Positions 36,198 to 49,737 of a DNA stretch of 64,000 nt are shown in pieces. The stretch is from NCBI RefSeq assembly GCF_033153115.1, contig NW_026889782.1, positions 24,304,001-24,368,000 of the forward strand. Reading direction: 5' to 3'. The translations under genes and the position numbers were made by a program. The notes below the pieces were generated by a model that had not been told where the DNA came from, made no database searches, and saw only the letters and a list, made by a program, of their open reading frames with translations. Each line of letters begins with the position of its first letter. Within the stretch, counting starts at the first letter, position 1. The DNA comes from Saccostrea echinata. Its lineage: Eukaryota.

Positions 36198-39100
36198 TGT
36201 AAGAAGCTGCTGCCGTGTGGCGTAACGGAAAAAGTCAGTTTCAACTAGACTACATTTATTAGAACATGTAAACAAGCATGGCGTAAATTGTAAGCATAAA
36301 TTGAACATCGAACCCGATCAAATATTGTTACATAACCTTTTCCTTAGTTAGAATAGTATGGACAATGAATAAATTTATATTATGCTTAAAAGTGACTAGA
36401 ATCAAAACATCTGTACTGCTTTACTGAACTGACTAGCAAAAAATAACAATATGACTAGACACTGGACTATGAGTATTATATGCAAACTTGTAAAATGCAA
36501 CATCGATGAAATGAATTAAGCGTTCCTAGCTACACTAAACAAAATTATCTTGGCATCTACTCAAGTTAAATGTCTATCAACAAATCATGATCTGACATAG
36601 TCATTGTATTTAACCGGCGGTTTCACTTCACGTCCAGAACGGGTAACTGTGTTCTTAGGGTCAGTTACTGGCTTTGGAACATCGGGTGCCACTTCCTTGG
36701 CCTCATTTGTCTCACACGGAAGATCACACGGAATGTCTCTTGACACCGGCAATTCATTTGATTTACGCAAATGTTTTCTGTTTCTCGTATAGTTTGCTCC
36801 GGCCTCGGTCGTTACCTTGTATGATCTCCTTTCCGGTATTGCTTCCGTAACCGTTCCTTTCTCCCATGGTCTATTAGGGGTTTTGACTCGGACAGTCTCT
36901 CCAACTGATAGTTGCGATAATGGGTGTGCAGATCTGTTGTAATATTCTGCTTGTTTTTGTTTGGCATTGTCGATCTTCTCTTTCTCAAATGGTGCATCTT
37001 TCGGCTGTAATAACTTTCCTTTCGTGGGTAGTAGTGTTTTTGTTCTCCTTCCCATAAGTCTCATGACTGGACTGGTTCCCACATGCTGTGTAGGTGTGTT
37101 CCTGAAATCCAACAATGCAAGGTAAGGATCAGATTTTGCATGTTTTGCTTTCTTTAGAATTTGTTTGGCAACTTTCACTGCTTGTTCGGCTTTCCCATTG
37201 CTTTGTGGGTAGTGTGGTGAAGATGTTACGTGTTGGAATTCCCACAGTTGGGCAAACTTAGCAAATTCTTCGGAGGCAAATTGAGGACCGTTGTCCGACA
37301 CACACAGGTCTGGTATTCCATGTCTCGCGAATTGTGCTCGTAGTCGTTTGATGATCTCATGGGATGTCATTCTGTCCAAGGCATCAATCTCGAAGAAGTT
37401 TGAGAAGTAATCAGTTACTATCAAGTAGTTACGTTGGTCGAAAGTGAAGATGTCAAGTCCAAGCTTTGCCCAGGGACGTGGTGGTACCTCGTGATGTTGT
37501 AGAGGTTCTTTTCCTTGGTTGTTGTCAAAAGTGCGGCATGTTTCACACTTTTGTATGAAGTCCTTAACTTCAGCGTTCATTTGTGGCCAGTACACAGATT
37601 CTCTGGCTCGTCGTAGGCATCCCTCGATTCCAAGTTGTGATGAATGTATCCTTGTCAGCATATCCTTGCGTAGTGCTTGTGGAATAACTGCTCTGTCTCC
37701 TTTAAAAATGACTCCATTTTGGATAGACAGCTCATCTCTGATCTCAAAGTAGGGAACTATGAGTTCTGGAACTAAGGTTTTGCAGTCTGGCCACCCATTT
37801 CTGATGGATGCGCCTAAACTTTGCAGGGTATTATCCTTTGCAGTTTCGTCCTGAATGTCTTTCAAACGGTTTGGTGCAATTGGCAGGAATTGTAGCATAT
37901 TTATCGCTTCTACTACTGACTCCGCCTTTGATGGTTTCTCATTGGGCAGATACGCACGACTTAAGGTATCCGCTAGCTCCATGTTCTTTCCAGGACGGTA
38001 CTTAAGATTTACTTCATACTTTTGCATCCTGAGCAGCATGCTCTGGAGACGCTTTGGCGCTTTGTAAAGAGGCTTATTCACAATCATCTCCAAAGGTTTG
38101 TGATCTGATTGGACAGATACTGGTCTCCCAAATGTATAAACATTGAAACGTTCAAGCCCGAATATCACTGCTAGAAGCTCCTTTTCTATTTGTGCGTAGC
38201 GGGTTTCAGTTTCGGTCAGGGCACGGCTGGCAAAGGCAATCGGCTTGTCCTCTTGCAACAAAGCTGCTCCAAGTCCTTTCTCCGAGGCGTCGCATTGTAG
38301 TATTAGTGCCTTTTCTGGATTGAAGTACTGTAACACAGGATCTGCTGTGACTAGATTTTTCACTTGTTTTACAGCTTCGTCATGTTGTGGGGTCCAGTGC
38401 CATTCAACATCTTTCTGTGTTAACTTGCGCAGCGGCTCGCAGATGTCACTAAGCTTTGGTAAGAATTTTGCTAAATATGTCACAAATCCAATAAATCGTC
38501 GGACTCCTGCAACGTCAGTTGGATTTGGCATATCCAGGACTGCTTTGACCTTTTCGGGGTCTGCCTTGAGTCCTTTATTAGTGATCGTGTGGCCTATGAA
38601 TTTTACTTCGGACTGTCGAAATTTCATCTTGTCCTTATTGAGTTTGAGCTGCTGTTCTCTACATCTCATCATGAGTCTGACAAAGTTTCTGTCATGATCC
38701 TCTTGCGCTTCTGCTTCTGTGTTTCCTTCTCCAAACACCAGAATGTCATCATGTATACTCTTGACTCCAGGCAGTCCTTCCAGTGCTTGATGCTGGCGAC
38801 GCTGAAATTCCTCTGGCGCAGTGTTGATACCGAATGGCATGCGGAGCCAGCGGAATCTGCCAAACGGACTGTTAAAAGTAGTCATAAGAGAGCTTTCGTA
38901 GTCCAGACGAACATGCCAAAAGCCATCTTTGGCATCTAGGACGCTGAAGCATTTGGCATCTGACAAATCTGGCAAGATGTCCTCTATTGTAGGCATAGGG
39001 AAGTGCGCTCGCTGCAGTCCCTTGTTCAGGTCTTGGGGGTCTATGCAGACTCTGAGTTTTCCACTTGGCTTCCTTGCTACAACCAAGCTGGAGACCCAAG

Positions 39101-40844
39101 GTGTAGGCTCAGTAACTTTGGCTAGAATTTCCAGTTGTACGAGTCTCTCCAGTTCCTTTTCTAAGTCATTCTTGATTGCGAGTGGAACTTTCCGTGGAGC
39201 ATGAACAACTGGTTTGACACTCGGATCAATCTGGAGGCTGTAATCTCCTTTCAGGTGTCCTAGGCCAGTAAACACATCATGGTATTCTCTGCAAATGTTC
39301 TCCTTTGTCAATGGTTGTTTTCTCACATTGATTTCAAGGATGTTTTCGTTCTTGACCGTGATCAATTTCAAGGCTTGTGAAGCTTTGGAACCAAGTATTG
39401 GTTGACACGAGCCATCCAGTATGACGAAATCCGCTTTGTATTTTTCTCCGTTCTTAGGATTTTTGAATTTTAGGTTGCACTTGCCCAGAGGTTTGATTGT
39501 CGTGTTGTTATACATGCTGAGTATTTGGTCTGTCTCTGTGATTGCATTGTTATCTGTCAAATACTTTCTTGGGAGTATGTTGCAGGTCGCCCCACTGTCC
39601 ACTTGAAATTTCACGTACTGTCCGTTGACCGACAAGGTGGCAAATACCTTGTTTACAGAAGCTTGGTTAATTGCATTTACTGACTCGCTGTTGTTTTTGA
39701 GATCTACACTATATATAGAAAAGTAATCATCAGAGTCTGATTCGGCACTCTCTTGGATTTGATGGACTGTTGACTTGGCGGAATTGCAGACATTTTCAAA
39801 GTGATGAAGTTTGCGACACTTCCTGCACTGATGGCCATAGGCTTTGCAATTTCGCTTTCCTTTGGCGTGGCGACTTCCACAGTACTTGCATTGACTAGGT
39901 TCTTGTCTCGCTTGTACCTGTTGCTGTGGTTTCTGGGACTTTTGTGGCTGTTTCTTGAAGCTCTTCTTGTGCGAGTTGACTGCATGCACAGATATTCCTG
40001 CAGCCTGTGGTTGAATTTCCTTGTTCTGCTCCTTGGAAACTTCAGTGGCTCTACACACATGAATGCATTTCTCCAAGTCTAAATCGGCCACACGTAGAAG
40101 CCTTTCTCGCAGCCCAGAATCACTTACGCCACAAACAATTCGGTCTCTTATCATTGAGTCTTTGAGAGTTCCAAAATTACAAGTGTCAGCCAAAATTCTA
40201 ACTTCTGCTAAGAATTTGTCAAATGTGTCACCTGTCTGCTGGTTTCGACTGTAGAATTTGTACCTCTCGACTGTTTCGTTTTTCTTGGGATCACAGTGTT
40301 TGTCAAATTCTGCGAGGATGAGTTTTACAGTAATATTTTTCTCTTCCATATTCACTTTGTTCCCATGCTCATCGGTAGTTTGAAACTGCATCGTGCTATG
40401 GATTTCTCTCCCCTTGCGTCCCAGAAGATACAGCAAGAGTTTCACCTTTTGTGGCTCTGGTTTTTTTCTCCATGCTGATATCTATGTAGAGTAACACCTC
40501 TTCCTTCCATTTCTTCCAGGTCTGAGAAAGATTTTTAGCATCGAAATCCATTGTTTCGGGCGGATGAAGTACGTTTTCCATTGTTGTCGATTTTGGCGCG
40601 CTCTCGAACAATAACAAAGGAAAATGTCAATTTGTCTCTAATTGTGGCTGGTTACACAATGTTTTCCATCCCCGTACTCACTAATAATGGTCCGACACTT
40701 CTGACACCATGTAAGAAGCTGCTGCCGTGTGGCGTAACGGAAAAAGTCAGTTTCAACTAGACTACATTTATTAGAACATGTAAACAAGCATGGCGTAAAT
40801 TGTAAGCATAAATTGAACATCGAACCCGATCAAATATTGTTACA
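36198..40844 (-). mobile_element. Full-length Ty3/Gypsy LTR retrotransposon (Mag-like)
   Basis: Identical 135-bp LTRs (36198-36332 and 40710-40844); 5-bp TSD GATGT; PBS TGGTGTCAGAAGTG (tRNA-Leu type, 40696-40709); PPT at ~36335-36345. Confidence 0.97.
36585..40581 (-). CDS. gag-pol: Gag-Pol polyprotein (two Zn knuckles, PR, RT, RNase H, IN) with a 1-nt frameshift at the T7 run 40461-40467
   Basis: CKYCGSRH/CRKCRKLHH, VDSGA, IHDDILV, CDAS, SDNGPQF, QSNGKAE. The upstream frame MENVLHPPETMDFD...WKKW joins if one A is removed. Confidence 0.95.
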
Positions 40845-41319
40845 GATGTGTCGGTAGCATGATAGTAATCATGCTACTTGCCGTTTCGGACGAGACGTAA
40901 AATATTGCAGGGGGTGAGCCCTGTTGTCCGCCGACCCCACAGTTGATGTTATTACATTTATCTGACCACTGTGGTCAATATCTGCCATATAATAAACAAC
41001 AAACTTTAAATGTGTTTTTAATTCTTAAAAAACACCAAAATGTTACTAATACAAGATAACTTTGAATTGCCCCCCCCCCCCCAATCAGGCCACAGGATTT
41101 TTTTATTGTTATTTCTGGGTTTACGGATTCGCCAACCTTAATTTTGGAGGAATAAGGAAAAAAAATAATAAAATGCAAATTTCTGATTGTTTTTAATTCT
41201 GCCGACTTAATTCAACAATCCAAATTGTTAATAAAAATAAAATGTTTAAGATTTTGAAAATGATACCACTAAATAATTAAAAAAGGAAAACGTTATAAAT
41301 ATTCCCCTGAAAAGCTGGT

Positions 41320-41422
41320 CTACCAAAAAAAAAAGTTATTAGGAAAAAAACCCAGAAAATTTGTGGACAGACAGACAGAGTGATTACTATAGGGCACCCG
41401 CAAATCCTTGCGGGGTCCAAAT
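41320..41422 (-). mobile_element. 5' end fragment of a Helentron (same family as 49738)
   Basis: Reverse complement of GGGCCCCGCAAGGATTTGCGGGTGCCCTATAGTAATCACTCTGTCTGTCTGTCC. Confidence 0.8.
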
Positions 41423-43087
41423 TATTTCTCTGGTCAGCAGTCGTGTTAACACAATCCTTAAAGGGCTATATTGTTCCTTCCATTTATCCCTCAATGGCTA
41501 TTGGGCAATATAATCAAGCTTCCTAGCAAAACTGATTTTGAATAAAGTCTAGAAAATTCTAAGAAGCTTATATCTGTAAAAACTTTTCATAAAAAGACGA
41601 CACGACACACAGTCTAATAAATAACTGCAATGACTGTGATCTTGGACCGATAAAAAATCGTATCAGAGAAAGGAAAATCACTGTCCTCAGTCACACCTTT
41701 AGTTATTAATCATAAGCCAACAAAACAATATCATCTCCTAACCCCCCCCCCCCCCCCCATTTCCAGTTAAATCTTTTCTAATTCTTTAATCTTGGTGTTA
41801 GCCCTTCCTAAAACATTGTTTTTTAAACCTAAGGTTTTGTAAAATCCTCATATCAGTTTGATCTTTTATACAGGCGTTTTCTTTTTTAAATTACCTGAAT
41901 ATGTAGATTACCGGAGTTTTCTATTACTGTTCAATCTTGCGTAATGACATAAAAAAGAGGCATAACATGGGGACTACGAAATGATTTTGTTTCTAAAATA
42001 TGAATTTAAATCCATTTATGTTATTTACATACATTTATGTATAAAAAAAAAGTTATAATTGTGATATCACTGTGATTTTTGATATCTCACATAGAACGCC
42101 ATAAAAATTAATTTATGCTGTAAGGAACAATAATACGGAAACGATAACTCCGTGATTTAATTTTGCATTTATGTTTAAATATTATCCCAAGATAAGTCAT
42201 ACTGAGATTATTCGATCCTCAAAATTGACTAGCTAAAGTGTACGCAAATCTCGAACTCAAAGGACGGCGTAGTTAAATGTCGGGGTTGACCTACAATTTC
42301 TGCCACCTGGGGCCCGTTTTACAAAAGAACTTACGACTAAGACCAAAAACTTTTATTGATTACAAAATTTTGCAAAATTAATTATTCCGTTTGAAATTGC
42401 TAGCATAAAAATAGCTTGTAAAATTACGTGCTTAATTGTCTGGTAGACAATTAAGCACGTAAGGAAAAATGGCGGAGGTACCTACACCACTCTATACAGA
42501 GCGGCTGAGTCACTTTTGTCTACATTCTAAAAACCCACACCAATGTGTTTATCGGTACTGTCGTGTTACCAAGTTAACATTGGTTACTATAACTCACAAT
42601 AGAGTAAAAAAGGCTAGCGTCTTACCTTAAACAGGCGACAGCATACATGGTTAATAAATATGGGATGAGTCCGGGCATACATGAACAATAACAACACACA
42701 AACAATACGTAGACAGGAAAACAGGTAAACGTGTTCTTAGTTAGACATCAGGACTATGACTGCAGCTTCAGTATGCCTAATACGAAGCATCACATGACAT
42801 GCCCAGTAAGCGGGAAGACCAGAGTCACAGGTCATGTACACAGAGAGTTGGGAAAATACAATAAGATATAAAACCTAATTTTACTACATTCCTCCCCATT
42901 CTGTGTTAAAGGACTTGATTATAGCACAATATATATATATATGATTCAGGGAATCAAACAGTGTTAACAGGTCGAAACAATATTCATACCTATGGTAACA
43001 ATGAGTAATTATAAACATTCCACAAAAATTTGGTCGGAAAATATCTAGACCTAAAATTCTGCAGAAACCGTCATTTGTTTGGAACAG

Positions 43088-44823
43088 CTAACAGTTTTTA
43101 ACATTATACAGTCGACGACTATTCTGGACGTGGCGCAGTGGTTAGAGCGTCTGCTCTAGAGTCGCGGCGTAAGGAGTGGGACGTGGAGACCGGTCCTTCG
43201 GATGAGACGGTATAACCCGAGGTCCCGTGTCGCAGTAGGTGCTGGCACGAAAAAGATCCCTCACTGCTCAATGGCCGTAAGTTCCGAGTATAGGACAAAA
43301 TTTGCAGCTCCCCACCGGCAAGTGGTGGCGTCTCCATATGAGTGAAAAATTCTCGAGAGGGACGTTAAACAACATACAAACAAACAAAAACTATCCTGGA
43401 CTGTCTGTTTCAGAAGTTGCTGTATGGGAACTTGTAGCTTTGCTGCAACGAGGCTAGCAACATCACCAATGAATCCTGGAGTGTTGGTATCTCCACCTCC
43501 TGGTTTCATATCTGTAGAATCTGTTTCCAGAAGAATTCGGTTCGAAGGAACGAACTGAAGGCCTGCAGTTTGGTCAGCACTTCAGTTCTCAACATCGCCA
43601 GTGAAACCAAAACGAACATTGGAGTAGCTGTTCATCCATTCCTGGACCAACTCCGTGTCTCCCATAAAGCAGTGGACAAGAATAGGCTGATCGTACTCGC
43701 AAAACCTCTGTAGAATCTGATGCAACATGCGTGCACATCCATGCCAATCCTGTTTGAAGGGGTTCCTCTCAGATGTAAAATCAACACCTTGTCTTTACGT
43801 ACAAGGGAGAATGCTTTCCGAAAAATATCTTCCTGGTGTCTCCACAGCTTTACAGGAACCGTACGATCCAAACCAATTTTCCCTAAACCATCAATACATG
43901 GCGAATCCAGTAAATTCTTCTTTTGGTGATATCTCTCCTCTGTGAGTTCGTCAGCATGTTTTGGATGTACGCCCAGGGCTATACCAAAGGGTCCACCAGG
44001 ATGCAAGTATTCTGGATGTGTTGAGGGCTCACTGTAAATAATCACACCTCGTACAAGTGTCACATGTAGATTAGGCTGACGCTCACTCTGATTGGAGTAG
44101 GATAGAATATCGTCCAGGGACTTTCCAAAGGAAAAGGGGCGTCTCCAGATTCGAGAACAGGTCCTGTCCAGATGGAAATGACTATCAAAGGCCTCGTCTG
44201 CAGTTGGACTGGTTTCATACACTTATCGCATGATGTTAACATCAGAATGGTTAAAAGTATGGTACGGGTTGACGTGGGATCTCTGCGTCGGAACCGTAGC
44301 TGACATCATCAACTGTAAACTCATCCTCTGTAGACGAATCCACGGTAGGGACCTAAACATCCTCTGTGTTTGGAGCAGATGATGTGTCGACTGTAACACG
44401 TCCATGTGCACGAAATTCTTTGGGCTGCAAAAGTGACAATAGGGCAACCAAACATCTCCAGTGAAAGAGAGCAGCTGCGGAATTGATTGGTGACAGCTTG
44501 AATCCCTCAGAGGGTTCTGTCCGTCCCTAATAAGAAAGAGTCTCTTCATGAACGTAACCGTGTCCGGATGTACAACTGCATTTGAAGGAATCATCTTTGA
44601 GGAGTTCAAGTAGTCGACCGCTGCAAATAACTCTGCATGATGTCCTAATGCACTGAGACGTTCCATCGTTGAGAAGAGCCAGATCGTACACTAGTCTCTT
44701 TGGATCGACTAAACTTCTCGATGATGTACTTCTCCTCACAAAGTCGACATAATGTTCACCTCGTTCCTGACGAATAGTTCTATTTGACCTCTCTGTTTTC
44801 CATGATCTCTTATAAGATGCCAT
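43088..44823 (-). pseudogene. tatD: TatD-family nuclease with a long N-terminal extension; stops, frameshifts and a SINE insertion
   Basis: AFDSHFHLDR, IALGVHPKHA, GLGKIGLDRT, QEDIFR, LILHLRG, NVRFGFTG, RILLETDS, NTPGFIGDVA, QNSRRLY. Confidence 0.92.
43130..43390 (+). mobile_element. tRNA-derived SINE family A with the B box deleted, inserted in the TatD ORF
   Basis: 11-bp TSD CTAT(T/C)CTGGAC, A box TGGCGCAGTGG and (CAAA)n tail. Confidence 0.92.
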
Positions 44824-44847
44824 TGTATCAATAATAATAATGATACC

Positions 44848-44849
<2 letters not shown>

Positions 44850-44906
<57 letters not shown>
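44850..44906. repeat. (TA)n microsatellite (another lies at ~7637-7688)
   Basis: Directly visible dinucleotide run. Confidence 0.95.
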
Positions 44907-44913
<7 letters not shown>

Positions 44914-45499
44914 ACAAATAATAAGGGACTATATAGACGACAGACAAAATATTGAAAATAATTAAATTGAAATGACCCAGGTCTATATGGTCCACTTCTT
45001 CATCAACTGAACAAAAAATCATAAGAACATAAGTATACTGAAACTTATCAGTAGTGCAAATGTCAGGCATATAACATTCTACTGATGTGATTAGAACCAT
45101 ATGTTATTTAGTAGTTAAATATTTAAACTCTTTAATATGAACAATTTACACCAGCAGTCTCTATGTATTTTATTTAGGACAATTTACATAATTGTTTCTG
45201 ATTATATTTATTCAACAACGTAATCATGACATACTTAAACTGCATGGTGTTCTAAGCACAGCATAGGGTAAAACATTAGTAATATTATTTATCTATTAAA
45301 ATTTATCTTGGTATTATTAAGGCAAGAATTTAGATTTGACAATTTAGATTGCACTTAAACACCTATGCTGTACTGCTATAACCACCAGAATAAGAATTCA
45401 TGGTAATACGCCCTTGAACAGTTTTATTGATCAGTTAACATAATTAACATAATCTGATTGGGAATTCTGAAGTCAGGAATTTCAATGAATTATGGCTTA

Positions 45500-47290
45500 G
45501 TGATCCTTCTCTTCCAAGGGCCACATTCATCTTCATGATGGACTTCATGTCAGAGTTTACTGAAACTCTGTTACTTTCTTCTACATCTCCGACTCTGTGC
45601 ATGATGTACTTGCACTCTGCACTCTACGCTAAACCAATCCTTTCTGGTAAGGTCTGCTCTGGTGATTCTGGTGATTCTGATTCCTGTGTTGGCAGAGCTT
45701 AAGTCGTCTGTCATATCACTGTCTGCTTCTGTTTTACGCCATAAGCTGCAGAGAATGAACCTCCTCGACTTTCAGTGGCACCAACAAAACCAAACCAGTC
45801 TCTGTTGAACATGTCCATTTCTTTGGCATCAACAGCACATATTTCAAGTTCCTCTTGGTCATTGGTGATATTGTTCCTTAGTTCTTTCTGGTCAATGGTT
45901 GTACAGTCCTTTATTACCTCTGCATATGCGAGAGTTTCTGGGTTTGGCTCTGGTAACATCTCTTTGGACTTATATCTTGTGTACGTATGTGATGTAAGAC
46001 TCTTTTCATTGAGACTAATTGGGTCCCCTGAAGATTCTTAATGCTCATCACTTCCCCTGTTCTTGTCAAAGTGATGAACCACATCTTCTTGTTGAAAGTA
46101 TGGTGATATTATGACAGAGAGTTTATCCAGGCCGTCAGGCATACTGTAAGACCTAATTAGAGGGTTCTTGTTCCTCTCTTGTCTTTTAATTTGCTCCAAT
46201 TGTGTCTGGACTGGATGAGGAGTAGACATCTTTGTGGAGCTGGGTTTTGGTTCATTATTGTACAGGCCTTCCACCTTCTTTGGTTTTTGTAAAGATGTAG
46301 ATTGTTTATCGCCATCCTCTCCAATGGGACAACCATTATCATCTCCTCTTCAGAATATATTACTCAAGTGTGATTTGAGTTCCTGCTTGCCAGTGCCAGA
46401 TGACTTTCTGTTTCACTGAAGTAATCTCCATTGATTCATCTATATCTGGTGAAGGGATATTGATGTCTGATGTCAATCTCTTTGGTTGAGGACACAAGTT
46501 CTGCTTTTTTACCACATTCCCAGAGAAATCATCAGCTGTCTTAGTCAACTCACTTCTGCAGACAAAACTGACATCTTCACTGGCATTCCATTTCATTCTC
46601 AAAGACGTGAGGTGGGTAGCTGGAACCTCCATGACAGAACTGCCATCAGAACACCTGGAAGCTGAGTCAGAGGAGTCTAAACTGGATTTAGATGTTTCAA
46701 ATGGATTGTCATATTGGCCTCTGACTGGGAGATGAGAGATACTAGTACTTACATTCAAGCTTCCACTGGGTAGCTGCACATTGTTCGGCATTTGACCCTT
46801 AGGTGGAGCCAAGTGGATAATATCCCGTTCACCTGACGGTAATGAACCACCCAGTGATCGGAATGTTCCCATAACTTGTTCAGGAGTCATGGATGCCTGC
46901 ATACTCTGAACACTTAACGATACCGAACCGCCTAGTGTTTGAGTATACATTCCTCCCCATACAGCAAAATGGCTGTTGCCCTCCATGGAAACATAAGTCA
47001 GGTTCAGTCTTCATTGCCATTGATGGTAAAACAGTTGGCTGATTTAGACCGGCTTGACCATGTAACCCACATTGAGGAAATGGTGGCATGCATTGGGGAT
47101 ACTGTGGGCAAGGCTGGTAAGGTCCGAAGCTGTACATACCATAAGGCACCATGGGATGCACATATGGTGGTATCATTCCCCACTGATTTGGATATCCACT
47201 ACTGGGTGGATAAGGGGACGTATGTGCCTGAGGGTATGACACGCTACTACATAAAGTGTAAATGCCTGGTTGCATTGCAGTCGTATTTGT
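45500..47290 (-). pseudogene. Degraded long low-complexity ORF (Pro/Tyr/Gly-rich, then Ser-rich) inside the TatD LTR element
   Basis: Overlapping minus-strand ORFs 46880-47275, 46360-46986, 46038-46274 and 45711-45959 with raised GC; no gag or pol motif recognised. Confidence 0.55.
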
Positions 47291-47296
47291 TTAAAG

Positions 47297-48368
47297 TGTA
47301 ACGATCGCTCCCCCCTTTTTCATGTGTTATAATGTGTTGAATGTCAAGCATCGTTATGTTATTAATTACACGTTTGTTGATCGTTTACGTGTACATACAT
47401 AGTTGTAAAGTTGTACGGTAATTTATGATTACCTCATGATTACCTTAATTGTCGTGTGAACGATGTATTTTAGCATCTTTCAGCACACGTGTTTTCCGTA
47501 ACTTCTGCCGCCGCCATACTTTGTTTACTTGTGTATTTTCCCATGATGCTTCACGGTGTATTGATCTATTTTTACCGTAGTTATTTTGGCGGAAGATTTG
47601 ATTGTAGATTCTGTTTAATTAAATGTTAAATGTGCTTTTAAAGTGTAAACTTATATTTTAATAATTTATTTACGTATTGTAATAATTTTATATACGATGT
47701 ACGAGAGCGAGATTTCATTACGGGATGATAATTATGTATGATTGGCTAATTATTAATTACGGGATGGAATTATTAATAATGATTGGTTATTATTGCGGGT
47801 TTTGGAAGTTCTATAAATACACAGACGCTGAGTATCGGGTGCTCTCTCGTTTCCTTTGCGTCCTAAAGAAAGGTCGCCAGATTTATTTGTCCAGATTAAG
47901 GTGTGTACTATTTCAGTATATATATATGTGACTGAAGTACATATGTAGTGCTAGGCTTAATTAATATTACTAGTCATTGTGCTAGTTTCATTTATTTTTA
48001 CTAGTTAAGAACTAGTTATTTCTATTCTCTTTAAGAGTTAGGAAATATTTCTGCTGTGTGCTAGTAGTTGAACTAGTAGCGGGAATATTTATTTGTAAAT
48101 TTAGTCATTTATAGGGAGCCTTTCCGTTTTAGTTTGGTCGGGGGAATTTATATATGAATGTTATACTGGAAATAGTGCCAGTTTATATCCGTCCGTATCA
48201 GTAGTTGTACTGATTTTTGTCTTTTGTCCCAAGGGTTGAGACTTGTCAATTTTACACACTGTTACTCATTTTCGCTGTTGAACTACCTCAATAAATTATA
48301 AACTTTATTTAGCGACTTGGTTTTTATTCCTAGCATTTGCGGGAGTGTTTGACATCCGAAGCGTTACA
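47297..48368 (+). mobile_element. Solo LTR (~1.07 kb)
   Basis: TGTAACG...CGTTACA termini; TATAAATA at ~47812; AATAAA at ~48290; flanks AAAG / ATAG (imperfect TSD). Confidence 0.7.
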
Positions 48369-48754
48369 ATAGAAAAACACTGATTTTATCTCTCTATGAT
48401 ATTGCTATAGTTAAGTTTTAACTTTATTAGTAAAAGCCTGAACTAATCATAGCTAACACACAAACCAGTTAAAGACAATATCTAACAATGTTCTTTACTT
48501 TGAGTAAAGTCAGAACACTGTAAAGAAAAAAAAAATTAAAGATTTTCTTTCAAACTGTACTTCACTCAATTGTTCTTTACTTTATTTAAAGCCAGAACAA
48601 CAAGTGTAGAAATAAATTGCAAAAAATGAAAGAGAAAAAAAATTCCAGTGCTCTTTCAAATGTTCAAGAACACTTGCTTGAAAATGTCTATAGATAGTCA
48701 AAAATAAAAAAAATATTTTTCTCATATGCAATGCCAACATGAAAAAGAAAGAAA

Positions 48755-49640
48755 CCAGAAGTCTCTGATGAGACTGTAGCTCTACTGGTCTGTACATATA
48801 ACAAAGAAAAAGTAGCACTTGGATTTGAAACTTTGCAACACGCAGCAATAAATAGAATAATGTATCTTAATGTAGTGTACTTGTGCGCCAAGTAATATTG
48901 AAATCAGACCAAAACTAAAGGAGGAGTAACGTTTTAAAGGATTTTCACAGAAATTTCTATTTTTAGTAACCATGGCAACACTGTTCATTGAAATCAAAAG
49001 CCGATGCACTAAATTATGTATCTTAGTGTAGTCTACTTGTGTGCCAAGTTATATTGAAATCAGACCAAAACTGAAGGAGGAGTAGTGTTTTAAAGGATTT
49101 TCACAGAAATTTCTATTTTTAGTAACCATGGCAACATCGTTCACCAAAATCAAAAACTGATGCACTAAATAATGTATCTTAGTGTAGTCTACTAATATGC
49201 CACGTTATGTTGAAATCAGACCAAAACTGTAGGAGGAGTAGCGTTTTAAAGGATTTTCACAGAAATTTCTATTTTTAGTAACCATGGCAACACCGTTCAT
49301 CGAAATCAAAAACAGATGCACTGAATTAGGTATCTTAGTGCAGTCTACTTATTTGCTAAGTTATACTGAAATCAGACTAAAACTGTAGGAGGAGTAGCGT
49401 TTTAAAGGAATTCACAGAAATGTCTATTTTTAGTAACCATGGCACCACCATTCATCGAAATCAAAAACCGATGCACTAAATGTATCTTAGTGTAGTCTAC
49501 TTGTGTGCCACGTTATGTTGAAATCAAACCAAAACTGTAGGAGGAGTAGCGTTTTGAAAAATTGTTTACAGACAGACGGACGGACTACGGACACCTTACT
49601 ATCGCATAAGCTCTTCTGGTCTCTGACCAGTAGAGCTAAT
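48755..49640 (-). mobile_element. Helentron with a 156-bp satellite array
   Basis: subTIR AGCTCTACTGGTC at both ends; (GACG/GACA)n; monomers at 48901, 49057, 49213, 49369 and 49521; palindrome GTCTC-tgat-GAGAC. Confidence 0.9.
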
Positions 49641-49737
49641 AAAAATCAATTGAAATTCTGAATTTAAAACAAAATTAATTTACAATTTTTTTTTTTTTTT
49701 TGTAATACTATATTCCTGTCTACTAGAAAACAATTTA

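Noticed and set aside
36604-40760. Short plus-strand ORFs over the Gypsy element
   Set aside because: These are antisense shadows of gag-pol.
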